From: a virus
Virus record (IMG/VR): IMGVR_UViG_3300010392_000664
Location: 1-64,000 of that record
Length of the DNA: 64,000 nucleotides
Direction: 5' to 3' (one strand)
Each line of letters opens with the position of its first letter. The stretch's first letter is position 1. The notes under the pieces are model-generated. The model was given only the letters and a program-made list of their open reading frames with translations. It was not told where the DNA came from and ran no database searches. This document shows positions 1 through 9,600 of the stretch, piece after piece. The translations under genes were made by a program, and so were the position numbers.

Positions 1-495
1 GTCGGAATCTCTTGAAGTCTCCACAAATGTGATAGAATTCATGTCAACCCGTCCGAGCAACTCCGTCTTAGAGTCACATTGACCCTCGTAGTCAACCCAG
101 TAATCGCATGACCACGCCGTTATAATGGAAAAGCAATCCGGATCAATCACCGCCTGTCCTGGTTTGATCACCCCTGGCTTATTCTTAAATGGTTCCTCAA
201 ATAACTTAAGTACCCTTTCCCCTTCATAATCTAAAACATCATTCCACCCGATTTGTTCCACGTCACATTCAACACCAGACATCAGATCATTTCTGTTCTG
301 AAGCTCACGAATCAGTTTGCAGTTAATTGCCCAGGCATCTTTTATAAAAACACAATCTCCCTCGGATGTTCTTTCAATATCTTCAGTGACGAAATCCCAA
401 GAGTCTCCTAAAATAACGTCATACTCTTCGAAAAAACACACATCACCTTTACGATACCGCTGGACTTCTAATTCAACCAGACAATCTATTTTCAT
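1..495 (-). CDS. hypothetical protein, runs off the window edge
   Basis: ATG at 495 just downstream of the terminase stop; frame stays open to position 1 (MKIDCLVELEVQRYRKG...); absent from the ORF track. Confidence 0.7.
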   Translation of the reverse strand, partial: MKIDCLVELEVQRYRKGDVCFFEEYDVILGDSWDFVTEDIERTSEGDCVFIKDAWAINCKLIRELQNRNDLMSGVECDVEQIGWNDVLDYEGERVLKLFEEPFKNKPGVIKPGQAVIDPDCFSIITAWSCDYWVDYEGQCDSKTELLGRVDMNSITFVETSRDSD

Positions 496-507
496 GTTGT
501 TTTCCTT

Positions 508-2130
508 TTACCAAGAGTCATCTAACTTGTTTCTCGCCTGCTCAGCATCAAGCTCAAAGATCTCCCGCATCTCCAGCGGTAATTCTTCGATCTCATCCTC
601 GCTTAACGGATCTTCATTTAGATCCACTAAGTCATCTGTTGGCTGCAGTCCTTCCAGGCCATCCATCAACCGAATGCATTCCGGCAACGCGATGACCAGT
701 GCCGTTCCAACATCGGCGTGCCCGAATTCGTCCGACACTGCCTCCAGCTTGTAACCATACGGTTTCTCTACAATGTCGAACTTCCCGAAGTCTCTTCGTA
801 AAGTGCCGTCCTGGTCGTCATACGCTAAGAGTCTCCTAGATTCTACAACCTGAATCAATGATTCCGCCATCAAGGATAGGTTCTTCGGAGTAAACTGCAT
901 GGGCCGCATTGCTATTTTTGTTCGAAGTCTCTGTGCCATCAATCGAGCTTCCGTCGGATCGTAATACAATCCCGCCATCACAAAGATCTGGTTGATACGA
1001 ATGCACTCGGCTTCAACGTACTGCAGATCCACTTCACCGGTTTCGGAATTCGGTTCAAATGCTTTCCAATAAGCAGTCTTCACCATCCTTTCGATCGGAT
1101 CAACCGCCAACACGACAAGAGCACTATGGTCATGAGAAATACCGATGTCCAACCCACCGATGTACATCAATCCGGGCTTACGTTCCGACTCCGGACCCTT
1201 CATTTGGAAACACCACTCGATAGCCTCATCCGACAGGGCATCCCCCTTACCGCTTACCCACACTCCTTTCCACAAACGTAAATTTCTCGAGTGTGTGTTT
1301 CTTTTCTTGGCATCTTCCAAGAACTTTTTATCATGCCAAGGTGCCGGACTTGCTAGGATGTGAGGATACCAGTCAGGACTTGCTAGGGCGTTGTTCCGCC
1401 ACACTTCGGCCTTCGTGCCCTTGAAACCGGCATTCGTTGCGATGATGACCATTCCCTGAGCAACACCATCGGCATTGTCCATCAGGTTTTCAGCGAATTC
1501 CCACTTGGTCATGTGAGACAATTCGTTGATGATCAATAGGTCAGGAGTACCACCGTGAGCACCGGAGATGTCAGATGACAAAATCTCTACAAGTGCTAAA
1601 GGCTGCGTTCCTCCGAGTTTGGTTTTTGTGCTGCGAACCTGCCATTGCACAACTTCGACATACTTTGATAGCCAGGGATTGTAGTGAATGATGTTTTCAA
1701 TACGATCCTTAACGATCTTCGCTTGATCCCGGTCAGCAGCTCCTACCTGAATATAAAAAGGCCGTTTGACAAAGGCGACCAACCACAAGATGATCAAAGC
1801 TAAGTCGGCATCCTTCGATGCCTTTTTAGTTCGTTCAATCCAGAATCTTTTCTTTTCAGGATTTTTACCATCCCGAAGGGATCTGAGGCTATCCGCCATG
1901 TCCTCGAAGCAGGCTTTTTGAAACGGTGCCATGCACCTTTCAAAGGTAATTGGCCCCCGTTGCCCGTCGATCGTTATTCCACGAACGAAGAAAAAGAAAT
2001 TGTTTCGGGAATAATGCTCGTAAGATGCCTGAATCTCCTCTACTTTATCGAGAAGTTCCTCCTTAACCTTTTTCTCATTCTTTTTATGTATTCGATGAGG
2101 GACGTTTTCGAACTTTTTTTTAATCGTCAT
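508..2130 (-). CDS. terL: terminase large subunit
   Basis: N-terminal ATPase with deviant Walker A (ERTKKASKD), Walker B-like LLIINE and coupling motif ATN; C-terminal RNase H-like nuclease (GGLDIG..D, YYDP, HADVGTA). Confidence 0.88.
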   Translation of the reverse strand: MTIKKKFENVPHRIHKKNEKKVKEELLDKVEEIQASYEHYSRNNFFFFVRGITIDGQRGPITFERCMAPFQKACFEDMADSLRSLRDGKNPEKKRFWIERTKKASKDADLALIILWLVAFVKRPFYIQVGAADRDQAKIVKDRIENIIHYNPWLSKYVEVVQWQVRSTKTKLGGTQPLALVEILSSDISGAHGGTPDLLIINELSHMTKWEFAENLMDNADGVAQGMVIIATNAGFKGTKAEVWRNNALASPDWYPHILASPAPWHDKKFLEDAKKRNTHSRNLRLWKGVWVSGKGDALSDEAIEWCFQMKGPESERKPGLMYIGGLDIGISHDHSALVVLAVDPIERMVKTAYWKAFEPNSETGEVDLQYVEAECIRINQIFVMAGLYYDPTEARLMAQRLRTKIAMRPMQFTPKNLSLMAESLIQVVESRRLLAYDDQDGTLRRDFGKFDIVEKPYGYKLEAVSDEFGHADVGTALVIALPECIRLMDGLEGLQPTDDLVDLNEDPLSEDEIEELPLEMREIFELDAEQARNKLDDSW

Positions 2131-2704
2131 AATCTACTCCAAATTCGAATCCGCCCTGGATTGGAATATGTTGATAATGCACAAATCGACGAGTATCAGT
2201 TTTGTGAACACAGTAAGTCATTCTTACAATATTTTCAACTGACCCGTTAATGAGCTTATCGAACAAAAAACCAAGAGAGCTAAAAAGAGATAGGGCAACC
2301 CTATTAGTGTCCCGAACGTGTGTTACGATATGAGTTACGTCAGAAAACCTATCATCATAAAGAACCATTAAACGAAGGGATTCAAACATATGGGTAGCTA
2401 TATAATTTCTGCGAAATTTCTTTTTCACAGCTATTCTCAAGACAGTTAGAAGATCTCCATGATGAGATTTATAAACCGTGAGATAACCGACTAGCTCATC
2501 CATCCAATAACCGAAAAAGGTAATTGTACGCCTCATCTTTAGAGAAGAACTCAAAGTCTCCCACTTCCACGGATCCTTAAAACTGTCGTTTTCTATTTGG
2601 ATCAACTTCTTCGGGATATGGTAATGCGAAGGTTGCTCCTGAATCCCATTTGGCATTGGTCGAACTTGAATGACCGGTATCATTTCTCGTGCTTCCTTTT
2701 TCAT
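2120..2704 (-). CDS. GNAT (RimI-like) acetyltransferase
   Basis: LVGYL...RIAVKKKFRRNYIAT acetyl-CoA motif; HVRDTNRVALSLFSSLGF motif B. Confidence 0.75.
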   Translation of the reverse strand: MKKEAREMIPVIQVRPMPNGIQEQPSHYHIPKKLIQIENDSFKDPWKWETLSSSLKMRRTITFFGYWMDELVGYLTVYKSHHGDLLTVLRIAVKKKFRRNYIATHMFESLRLMVLYDDRFSDVTHIVTHVRDTNRVALSLFSSLGFLFDKLINGSVENIVRMTYCVHKTDTRRFVHYQHIPIQGGFEFGVDYDD

Positions 2705-2849
2705 CCTTAATCAAAGTGTTCACAGGTGGTTTCGGTAACACTTCACTTTCCTTCGGCTCCAATTTCGTCAACCACAAAGCTACCCCGGCCATGCCACACG
2801 CACCGACAACCAGCAATCCTATAATCACATCATTGACCTTCATGATCAC
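2577..2849 (-). CDS. small membrane-anchored hypothetical protein
   Basis: N-terminal hydrophobic helix VIIGLLVVGACGMAGVALWL; start overlaps the upstream stop; 3' end overlaps the GNAT gene. Confidence 0.5.
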   Translation of the reverse strand: MIMKVNDVIIGLLVVGACGMAGVALWLTKLEPKESEVLPKPPVNTLIKDEKGSTRNDTGHSSSTNAKWDSGATFALPYPEEVDPNRKRQF

Positions 2850-3943
2850 TCCTCCTTGGATTCAGAAACTTTTACTGCCTCGCCTTCAATCACATCAGCA
2901 TGTTCAGAAACAATGGATGCTTCTCCCTCACGCATCTTTTCTTCAATCTCATCCACTACTGCCCTTGCCCTGATTATTGTTTCCATCGGAGCATCAAGAT
3001 ACAGTCCCTCGATAGTTTTCTCGATTTGCCCACCAACTTCCTTTGATGACATAGTCAATTTTTTGACAGTAGCGTTTCTCGGATAGAGATCCGACAATCG
3101 GGCCATCTCAGCAAAACAGTCCTTCGCTACTCGCAAGAAAGCCGGATCACCGGCCTGCCCTTTGACCTTGGTAGTTTCTACCTTGATCTTGCCCTCTCCC
3201 GCACACAGGCGACATTTGGCAACCTCATGGCCAGTTCCGCCGCACTCCTCGCAGTCATCCATGATGCCCGGTCGGATTTCTTCAACACCCTCCCCATTGC
3301 ATCTTTTGCAGATTTTGGTTTTCTTATTCGTATTGTTTTTCTCATTACCGAAACCACCGTCCTGCTCGGCAGTCTTTTTTGAATGGCAGGAATGGCAAAG
3401 CGATTCCAGATTAGCCCAATCACAATTCCAATGATTGCCATCCATATGGTCAACGTCAGTCGCTTCGGTTTCTATTCCCTTTTTCAGGCAATGCTCACAA
3501 AGAGGATTGTTTTCCAATTTTGCTGGTTTGATGTAATGACGCCAAGCCGCACGGTCATACGCCTTTTTATCCCCGGCAATGGGTTCGGGCATGTTTCCTG
3601 TTCCACCACACGCCTCACAATGCTTAGCAACAATCGTAGTCTCTTCAGCCGGTCTGGTTGATTCCTCAAATTGCATCAAAGCAAGTTTAGCCACATGCCC
3701 TATTTGAGCTGTTCGTTCTGCCCGTTTATCGACGGATTCCTGGGCATCCTGTTCACGCCATTGCTTTTTGATTATGTTAATATCTTTGGCGATCGTGTTA
3801 GAGTGAACGCCAAAGATAGTAGCTAGCTCTCTTCGATTAGTCACTCCCTGCAAAAGAAGATCCTCTACCCGTTTTCGACGAGCACGCATCTCAACTTTCT
3901 TGCGGAGCTTATACGCTATTTCCCCTTCTTTCCGGCGAGGCAT
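2846..3943 (-). CDS. putative terminase small subunit with inserted DnaJ-type zinc finger and HNH endonuclease domain
   Basis: N-terminal HTH (RRELATIFGVHSNTIAKD); four CxxCxGxG repeats; HNH core CEHC...VDH...N...NLESLCHSCHSKKT; lies upstream of terL. Confidence 0.7.
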   Translation of the reverse strand: MPRRKEGEIAYKLRKKVEMRARRKRVEDLLLQGVTNRRELATIFGVHSNTIAKDINIIKKQWREQDAQESVDKRAERTAQIGHVAKLALMQFEESTRPAEETTIVAKHCEACGGTGNMPEPIAGDKKAYDRAAWRHYIKPAKLENNPLCEHCLKKGIETEATDVDHMDGNHWNCDWANLESLCHSCHSKKTAEQDGGFGNEKNNTNKKTKICKRCNGEGVEEIRPGIMDDCEECGGTGHEVAKCRLCAGEGKIKVETTKVKGQAGDPAFLRVAKDCFAEMARLSDLYPRNATVKKLTMSSKEVGGQIEKTIEGLYLDAPMETIIRARAVVDEIEEKMREGEASIVSEHADVIEGEAVKVSESKEE

Positions 3944-3954
3944 TTGTTCTGATC

Positions 3955-4371
3955 CTATGAATGACGAAGTGGTTGAAGTGGCATGAATCCTTTATCAGGA
4001 CTCCAACTAAATTCTATATTCATCCCTTCCATAGTACCACAATCAGACCACCTTGCAAATAGGATGTCTTTTTTCATTTCCTCTGCGAGCTTTTTCTCCT
4101 CGCCAACGCCATGAGAAACATCCCACCCTTCCATCATGAAAATCATCAAAGCGTCACACCGCTTGATCATTTCAGTGTCGTATCGTTTCCAGAAAAGATG
4201 ATCAGTAGGAAGATTATGCTGCTTAGCAATCACATGACAGTGAACAATAGGTGAAAAAACGACATGATTATAACGAGACATCAACATTCCCGTAATGCGA
4301 CATGCTTCATCATACCGACTTTCTTGGACTTCTGGTTGATTACTAGAATAAGGTGTCGCCAGATATATCAT
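3955..4371 (-). CDS. DUF1937 / nucleoside deoxyribosyltransferase-like protein
   Basis: MIYLATPYS, FSPIVH.H and GWDVSHGVGEE motifs. Confidence 0.75.
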   Translation of the reverse strand: MIYLATPYSSNQPEVQESRYDEACRITGMLMSRYNHVVFSPIVHCHVIAKQHNLPTDHLFWKRYDTEMIKRCDALMIFMMEGWDVSHGVGEEKKLAEEMKKDILFARWSDCGTMEGMNIEFSWSPDKGFMPLQPLRHS

Positions 4372-4681
4372 CAGATTCTTCCTTTTCTTTCCGCATTTTA
4401 TTGATTTCTTCCCAACCGATCACTCTGATTATGTCCTTCATCGGACCATTGTAATCAGAACCAAATCCCACAACCGTTCCGATGTTTTTAGAACACCTCC
4501 CACGACTGACGTAGGATGCCGGTAATTCAACAACATCCCCGATTTCCAAATCCTCTATGGAATTTCCGTAAGTATACTTTTGAAGATGATCCGTCTCTTC
4601 AACATCTTCAAAAATACCGTAGACGATCAGAGCCTTAGAAGAATCCACTTTTTTGTCTCCCCAAAATGTCAGGTAAATCAC
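4343..4681 (-). CDS. hypothetical protein
   Basis: ORF in operon context. Confidence 0.55.
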   Translation of the reverse strand: MIYLTFWGDKKVDSSKALIVYGIFEDVEETDHLQKYTYGNSIEDLEIGDVVELPASYVSRGRCSKNIGTVVGFGSDYNGPMKDIIRVIGWEEINKMRKEKEESDDISGDTLF

Positions 4682-5372
4682 TACTGGCAGTTATGGATCT
4701 ATGCAATCGATCTGCTGCCAGTTCACAATACTCTTCTTCTAATTCAATCCCGACAGCTCCGCGACGGGTCTTTTTTGCCGCCATCAAAGTAGTTCCGGAT
4801 CCCATAAACGGATCGAAAACCACTTCCCCTTCATCAGATGAAAACTCAATCAGCTTTCTCAAAAGAGGAACCGGTTTGATCGTAGGATGTACAGGATCCC
4901 GCCGAGATGACCAATCATAACGGATAATTGTTTTTGATCTTTTGCCCCGAAGCTCCCTACGCCCCTTCATGCCGTAACAAATGGCCTCCCACGCCTCGGC
5001 AAACCCAGACTTCAAATCCCCCATCGTCCCATCATTACCTTTGTCCCAGGCAATAATTTGTTTTGGTTTGCCATAAATCTTTTCGACTTCCGCCAACCGG
5101 CGAGGAGATGCGAATGCGTACCAATGCCGATCTTCTTTCAGTAAAGCCATAACCGACGGCCAGACCTCGGCAACGACAGACAAGTCCTTATCATTCGCCA
5201 CCGGCTTGGTCATCTTATGGCCCTTCTCACGATTGTTGGTAGCGTAATTGATGCCGTATGGAGGATCCGAAAGAATCAAGTCAACCGGTTCTAATTGAGG
5301 GATAACCTCACGACAATCGCCATGATATATCGTAATGTTAAATTCCTCATTGTAGTAATACGGTTCAATCAT
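4635..5372 (-). CDS. N4-C/N6-A DNA methyltransferase (beta class)
   Basis: DPPY motif IV precedes HPT.KP and DPFMGSGTT motif I. Confidence 0.92.
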   Translation of the reverse strand: MIEPYYYNEEFNITIYHGDCREVIPQLEPVDLILSDPPYGINYATNNREKGHKMTKPVANDKDLSVVAEVWPSVMALLKEDRHWYAFASPRRLAEVEKIYGKPKQIIAWDKGNDGTMGDLKSGFAEAWEAICYGMKGRRELRGKRSKTIIRYDWSSRRDPVHPTIKPVPLLRKLIEFSSDEGEVVFDPFMGSGTTLMAAKKTRRGAVGIELEEEYCELAADRLHRSITASSDLPDILGRQKSGFF

Positions 5373-5377
5373 GAAGA

Positions 5378-5716
5378 TTAGTAAATCCCACCACTGATGA
5401 CTTTTGTTCTATTGTCCACTTTCTTTTGAACTGGAAGTGCTTTATCTTTTCGCAGTTTGACAATCTTATTCCGCAGCCAAACCAAGCACATCATATCCAG
5501 ATTACCGATCACTTTCTCCGGATCAATGTTCGATTTCAGTAAAACCAAATCCGAAATCGTAATTGCATCGGCATGATCGATTCTATCTTTACACTTCCAA
5601 TACGCTTCAATGATAGCGAAGTCAGTCACACGAAGATAATTTTCCGCCCTGTACTTTTTCTGTGACTGAACCTTTTTCCACCGCTCATCGTTTGATAGTT
5701 GTTTTTCAGTTCCCAT
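5378..5716 (-). CDS. hypothetical protein
   Basis: ORF in operon context. Confidence 0.6.
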   Translation of the reverse strand: MGTEKQLSNDERWKKVQSQKKYRAENYLRVTDFAIIEAYWKCKDRIDHADAITISDLVLLKSNIDPEKVIGNLDMMCLVWLRNKIVKLRKDKALPVQKKVDNRTKVISGGIY

Positions 5717-5718
5717 TG

Positions 5719-6009
5719 TTAAACTTCATCCCCTATTTCTAAAATGCCACCATAATTCCCCTGAGAACTTTTAAATGTAGCATCATCGACAACGTCAACA
5801 GCTCCATTGTCATAATAAAATACCCAGTCACCCCGACAAACGGGAACCCATACTTCGCTTACGTCACATTTAATGACATAGCCCACCTCTTCAAAACCAA
5901 GATTGATGTGATGAATTCCAGGGGGAGTATAAGTATCAGTGAATTGAGCACATTCTCCTTCACAAACTTCTCTAAATCTCTGAATCTGGTTTTTCATTTT
6001 CTTCCTCAT
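5719..6009 (-). CDS. hypothetical protein
   Basis: ORF in operon context; GDWVFY..NG motif typical of small phage beta-barrel proteins. Confidence 0.55.
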   Translation of the reverse strand: MRKKMKNQIQRFREVCEGECAQFTDTYTPPGIHHINLGFEEVGYVIKCDVSEVWVPVCRGDWVFYYDNGAVDVVDDATFKSSQGNYGGILEIGDEV

Positions 6010-6397
6010 TTTTCTTTTCTTGATATTGAAAATGATCCCACTCCGGCCTCAAAGGAATTCCATCACCTTCGAGTAATGCCACCAACTGGCTATCCCTGCA
6101 GGATGAAAATGGAGGAGAATCAATAATCTCCGAAGCTCCACGACGGAGCCTGCGGATTTCGGAATTAGCTTGCCGGATTTCTTCTTTCATGACTTCATAA
6201 ATCCCGTGATCAATAACAACTAACGGACCAACGAGCTCTCCCGGATCCAGGTCACGACCAATCATGCCTATAAAAGAATAAGAATCGGCCCACCCCTTTT
6301 TTTCAGAAAGCCAATTCATTCCACTTAACATAGGTTCTGAAAAATGAAAATTTCGTACCCTATCACCGGATTTGTTTCTTGTCATCCAAAATTTCAT
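5972..6397 (-). CDS. hypothetical protein
   Basis: ATG at 6397 preceded by AAGGA. Confidence 0.55.
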   Translation of the reverse strand: MKFWMTRNKSGDRVRNFHFSEPMLSGMNWLSEKKGWADSYSFIGMIGRDLDPGELVGPLVVIDHGIYEVMKEEIRQANSEIRRLRRGASEIIDSPPFSSCRDSQLVALLEGDGIPLRPEWDHFQYQEKKNEEENEKPDSEI

Positions 6398-6464
6398 TTC
6401 ATTTCCTTTCAAAACCAACCGATCACCGCCCTGGTGCTTTTGAGATGGCCGAAACAATCGACAA

Positions 6465-7430
6465 TCAAATCCGACGGTGACCGGATGGTATCTTTTGTGT
6501 TTTTAAGTACCAATCCACAAATCTCTCCAAACCAGCTTCAATGGAGTAGTGTGGCAGACACTTGAGCAAACGTACCATTTCTGACAAATCAGCTTGAGTT
6601 GATTCTGGATCAATGCCAGTACTGGGCAAATAATCTATTGCTGATTGAGTGTACACTTTTCTGTGGGTTAAGATCTCAACCAATTTCTGAACAACGTAAG
6701 TGAGTGAGACACTTTTACCAGATCCAACATTAATGATTCCGCTTGTGTCAAAGGAGGGATCTGCGGTTCGCATAACAGCAGATACTACGTCATCAACATA
6801 AACAAAGTCTCTTTTATATTTCCCTTCATTATACAGTGACAGAGTTTCTCCGTTAACGAGACTTTCTGTGAATTTCCAAATGGCCATATCTGGCCTGCCC
6901 CAAGGTCCATAAACGGTGAAAAACCGAAGGCTTGTTACATTGATGTTGTACTCGTTACAAAAAACTTCTGCCATTACTTCGGCTGCTTTTTTTGCCGCCC
7001 CGTACACATTCACCGGTGTTGGGTTTTCATAATATTCAGAACACATCCCATCTCCATACACACTAGATGAAGATGCATGGATGACCTTTTTAATACCGGC
7101 ATGCCTGCACGCTTGAAGAACATTAGCAAATATCTCTATGTTGCTTTGACAGCAAAAACCTGGATCTTCCTCGGATTCTTTAACACTGCCAAGTCCAGCG
7201 AAGTGGTAAACCGCATCGAATTCCTCTTCCATGCATAAAGTGTGCAGATCACCGTAATCTAGTAGGTCAATGAGAAGTGGCTTCACTTTCAAAAATTCAC
7301 GAAGCCTTTGATAGCTAATGTTCTCAACAAAATTATTATCAATAGGGTACACATCATGCCCAGCTTCATGCATGGCATTGGTTACATGAGATCCAATAAA
7401 CCCAGCCGCACCAGTTACTAGAACTTTCAT
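6465..7430 (-). CDS. NAD-dependent nucleotide-sugar epimerase (UDP-glucuronate 4-epimerase-like extended SDR)
   Basis: VTGAAGFIG, ASSSSVYG, YGAAK, LRFFTVYGPWGRPDMA, RDFVYVDD. Confidence 0.92.
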   Translation of the reverse strand: MKVLVTGAAGFIGSHVTNAMHEAGHDVYPIDNNFVENISYQRLREFLKVKPLLIDLLDYGDLHTLCMEEEFDAVYHFAGLGSVKESEEDPGFCCQSNIEIFANVLQACRHAGIKKVIHASSSSVYGDGMCSEYYENPTPVNVYGAAKKAAEVMAEVFCNEYNINVTSLRFFTVYGPWGRPDMAIWKFTESLVNGETLSLYNEGKYKRDFVYVDDVVSAVMRTADPSFDTSGIINVGSGKSVSLTYVVQKLVEILTHRKVYTQSAIDYLPSTGIDPESTQADLSEMVRLLKCLPHYSIEAGLERFVDWYLKTQKIPSGHRRI

Positions 7431-7762
7431 TTTGTATTCCTGTACTCCCGAAATTCCCAAGGACATTTGTTCATTTTATTGAATCGCTCGGCTTGTGTTT
7501 CTGCGAAATGAATCCCTATGGGCGTTCCTGGATAATGAGCTACCCAAAGATAACGCCCCTCTGCATCAGGTTCAGACCAACGGACATGGCACATCTCACC
7601 ACTATCTTCAAGTACCATCTCCCAATGAGGATTTGATCCAGTTTTTTTAGGGGAATCTCCTGGACAATAGAATGCCCCATCTTCCCATCCTTTAGAATGC
7701 CCTGCTATCAAACCAAGAATGAAAAACAAAAGTAAAAGAAGAAACAATACTGACGCACTCAT
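7427..7762 (-). CDS. membrane-anchored hypothetical protein
   Basis: N-terminal hydrophobic helix; ATGA coupling to the epimerase gene. Confidence 0.6.
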   Translation of the reverse strand: MSASVLFLLLLLFFILGLIAGHSKGWEDGAFYCPGDSPKKTGSNPHWEMVLEDSGEMCHVRWSEPDAEGRYLWVAHYPGTPIGIHFAETQAERFNKMNKCPWEFREYRNTK

Positions 7763-7935
7763 TGTTTTAATCTTTCAATTTTCTCGATTTCTCTTTCGAC
7801 AAGACCCTTCACCCACTTAGCTATAGTGATCTTCTGCCTCGCCGCCTCCGCACGGACCTTTTTCCATACCTCAATATCTAATTGAGTGTTAATTTGTTTT
7901 CGCAGTCCTTTTCTTGATAGATGGGGCTCCGACAT
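7759..7935 (-). CDS. ribbon-helix-helix DNA-binding protein (58 aa)
   Basis: Translated by hand: MSEPHLSRKGLRKQINTQLDIEVWKKVRAEAARQKITIAKWVKGLVEREIEK...; strand-helix-helix pattern; below the ORF-track length cutoff. Confidence 0.6.
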   Translation of the reverse strand: MSEPHLSRKGLRKQINTQLDIEVWKKVRAEAARQKITIAKWVKGLVEREIEKIERLKQ

Positions 7936-7944
7936 CCTGATCCT

Positions 7945-8133
7945 TTATGTATAATACATAGAATTCAGTTCTTCCCGTAACGCTTGCAACTTAGATCGAA
8001 TCAGGAACAACCGAAATCTGAAAAACCAAGTGAAGTGATGATTTAATTTCAATGATTCCTCTTTCAGTTCGAGATTCCTGATTCTGCGAAGGAGTCTCCT
8101 GTATCGTAGATCTTCGCGTCTTTGAAAGAACAT
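7945..8133 (-). CDS. small basic hypothetical protein
   Basis: Fills the gap in the operon; GGAGG upstream. Confidence 0.45.
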   Translation of the reverse strand: MFFQRREDLRYRRLLRRIRNLELKEESLKLNHHFTWFFRFRLFLIRSKLQALREELNSMYYT

Positions 8134-8549
8134 TGCACTGCCTCCTTCTTTCGATAGTTTTTATCCGCAAGCCTTTGATATTCTGCAAAAACAAACAGAT
8201 CCTCTGCTCCATCTATTTTACTTGTATAGTATGGAATTCTTTCATCCTCTGCAATCTTTGCAGTCAATTCCGGCCACTGGGCCTTGTACTCATTGCACGA
8301 AAACTCATGACTGCTTCTGATTTGAGTAAGACATCCACACCTATTACCTGCACCACCATCATCGGTCATATACTGAAATAATGGAGATTTTGGGAAATCT
8401 TCATATGGATGGCATGACCACTCATCATTCATGACTCTACCGGTCTCTTCCCGCATTAAATGAATGCGGGCCATGATTTTAGTAATGGCATGATCATATT
8501 TGTCCAGCATCTGATTCTCCTTTAGGTTTTGTTCCGCCCTATGATACAC
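8064..8549 (-). CDS. hypothetical protein
   Basis: ORF with a CGCLTQIR motif. Confidence 0.55.
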   Translation of the reverse strand: MYHRAEQNLKENQMLDKYDHAITKIMARIHLMREETGRVMNDEWSCHPYEDFPKSPLFQYMTDDGGAGNRCGCLTQIRSSHEFSCNEYKAQWPELTAKIAEDERIPYYTSKIDGAEDLFVFAEYQRLADKNYRKKEAVQCSFKDAKIYDTGDSFAESGISN

Positions 8550-8575
8550 ATCAGGTTTTCACTTTTTCGACAAAA

Positions 8576-9145
8576 TCAGGACATTTCTATGACTTTCCCG
8601 CATCTAAGCTCATCAATATGGGTGACCATGATGAATTGCACATTCATTTCATCGGCCAGAGATTCCAACAACCCCCGCATCCTGCCCCGATACTCCTGAC
8701 TCAGGAAACGAAATGGCTCATCCATGACCAAAACCCGACGTTTCGCCGGTCGTGTCAACAACAACGACGCCAACCGCAACGCAAACGCCGCCACGTCAAC
8801 AACACCGCCCCCACACGCCGATACCGGATCAATTGCGATACCGTCCCGCACGAATCGTAACGACGCCTCAGTGCGGCCACGTTTTCTCTCAAAATCGATC
8901 TTAAACTCATACGGTTCGTCAAAAATAACAGAAAGGCATCTACTGACAATTGATGCGATTTTTTGATGGGCCAGTTGTTGAATCAAGGCTGCCGAATGCT
9001 GGAGCAATTCCTGAGCATCTTCGGCATCCGTTAAATTCACTGTAGAATCAGAAAAGGCGACTTTCTCAGCCGCCAATCTAATATCTGCTGCCCTTTTTTC
9101 AGCAAGGACTTCGTTTATTTTTTCACGTACTTCAATTAAGTTCAT
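8576..9145 (-). CDS. SbcC/Rad50-like ABC ATPase, C-terminal half
   Basis: Signature-like SACGGG, Walker B VLVMDEP, H-loop MVTH; no Walker A. Confidence 0.85.
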   Translation of the reverse strand: MNLIEVREKINEVLAEKRAADIRLAAEKVAFSDSTVNLTDAEDAQELLQHSAALIQQLAHQKIASIVSRCLSVIFDEPYEFKIDFERKRGRTEASLRFVRDGIAIDPVSACGGGVVDVAAFALRLASLLLTRPAKRRVLVMDEPFRFLSQEYRGRMRGLLESLADEMNVQFIMVTHIDELRCGKVIEMS

Positions 9146-9399
9146 TTTTCATCACCCTTAACCTTATCCATTGCATCCTGCAGTTTTACCAATTCCTTTT
9201 CATAAGTGCTTTCCAACCCGGACAACTCGTCCTTCATTTCTTGCAAAACGGATTCAGCATCTTCAACAGTCTCACAAGAGTAATCCTCTTTCAAAACACC
9301 CATGAGATGATCTAGACCGCCCCTGGCACGATCCACTTCTTCCCTCTGATGCTCAAGTTCAGATTTTAGTTTTTCGAACTTCTTTAGATCAATCGTCAT
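9142..9399 (-). CDS. coiled-coil protein, possibly part of the split SbcC
   Basis: Heptad-rich 85-aa ORF coupled to the SbcC C-half. Confidence 0.65.
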   Translation of the reverse strand: MTIDLKKFEKLKSELEHQREEVDRARGGLDHLMGVLKEDYSCETVEDAESVLQEMKDELSGLESTYEKELVKLQDAMDKVKGDEK

Positions 9400-9595
9400 C
9401 CGAAATCATTCTCCTGATTTTCTTTTGTGCCTCGGCCTCCCCAAACTTATCAATCATCTTTTTGACAGTCTCTATTGTAGGATTGTCATAAATCATGATT
9501 GACATCACTATGTCGTCATCCCACTTTTTTTGAGTGAGATAATCGGTCATCCTTTTTCGTTCACGCAATTCAGCAGGAGTAGGTGTGTAAGTCAT
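9389..9595 (-). CDS. hypothetical protein
   Basis: ORF in operon context. Confidence 0.55.
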   Translation of the reverse strand: MTYTPTPAELRERKRMTDYLTQKKWDDDIVMSIMIYDNPTIETVKKMIDKFGEAEAQKKIRRMISDDD

Positions 9596-9600
9596 TTAAG

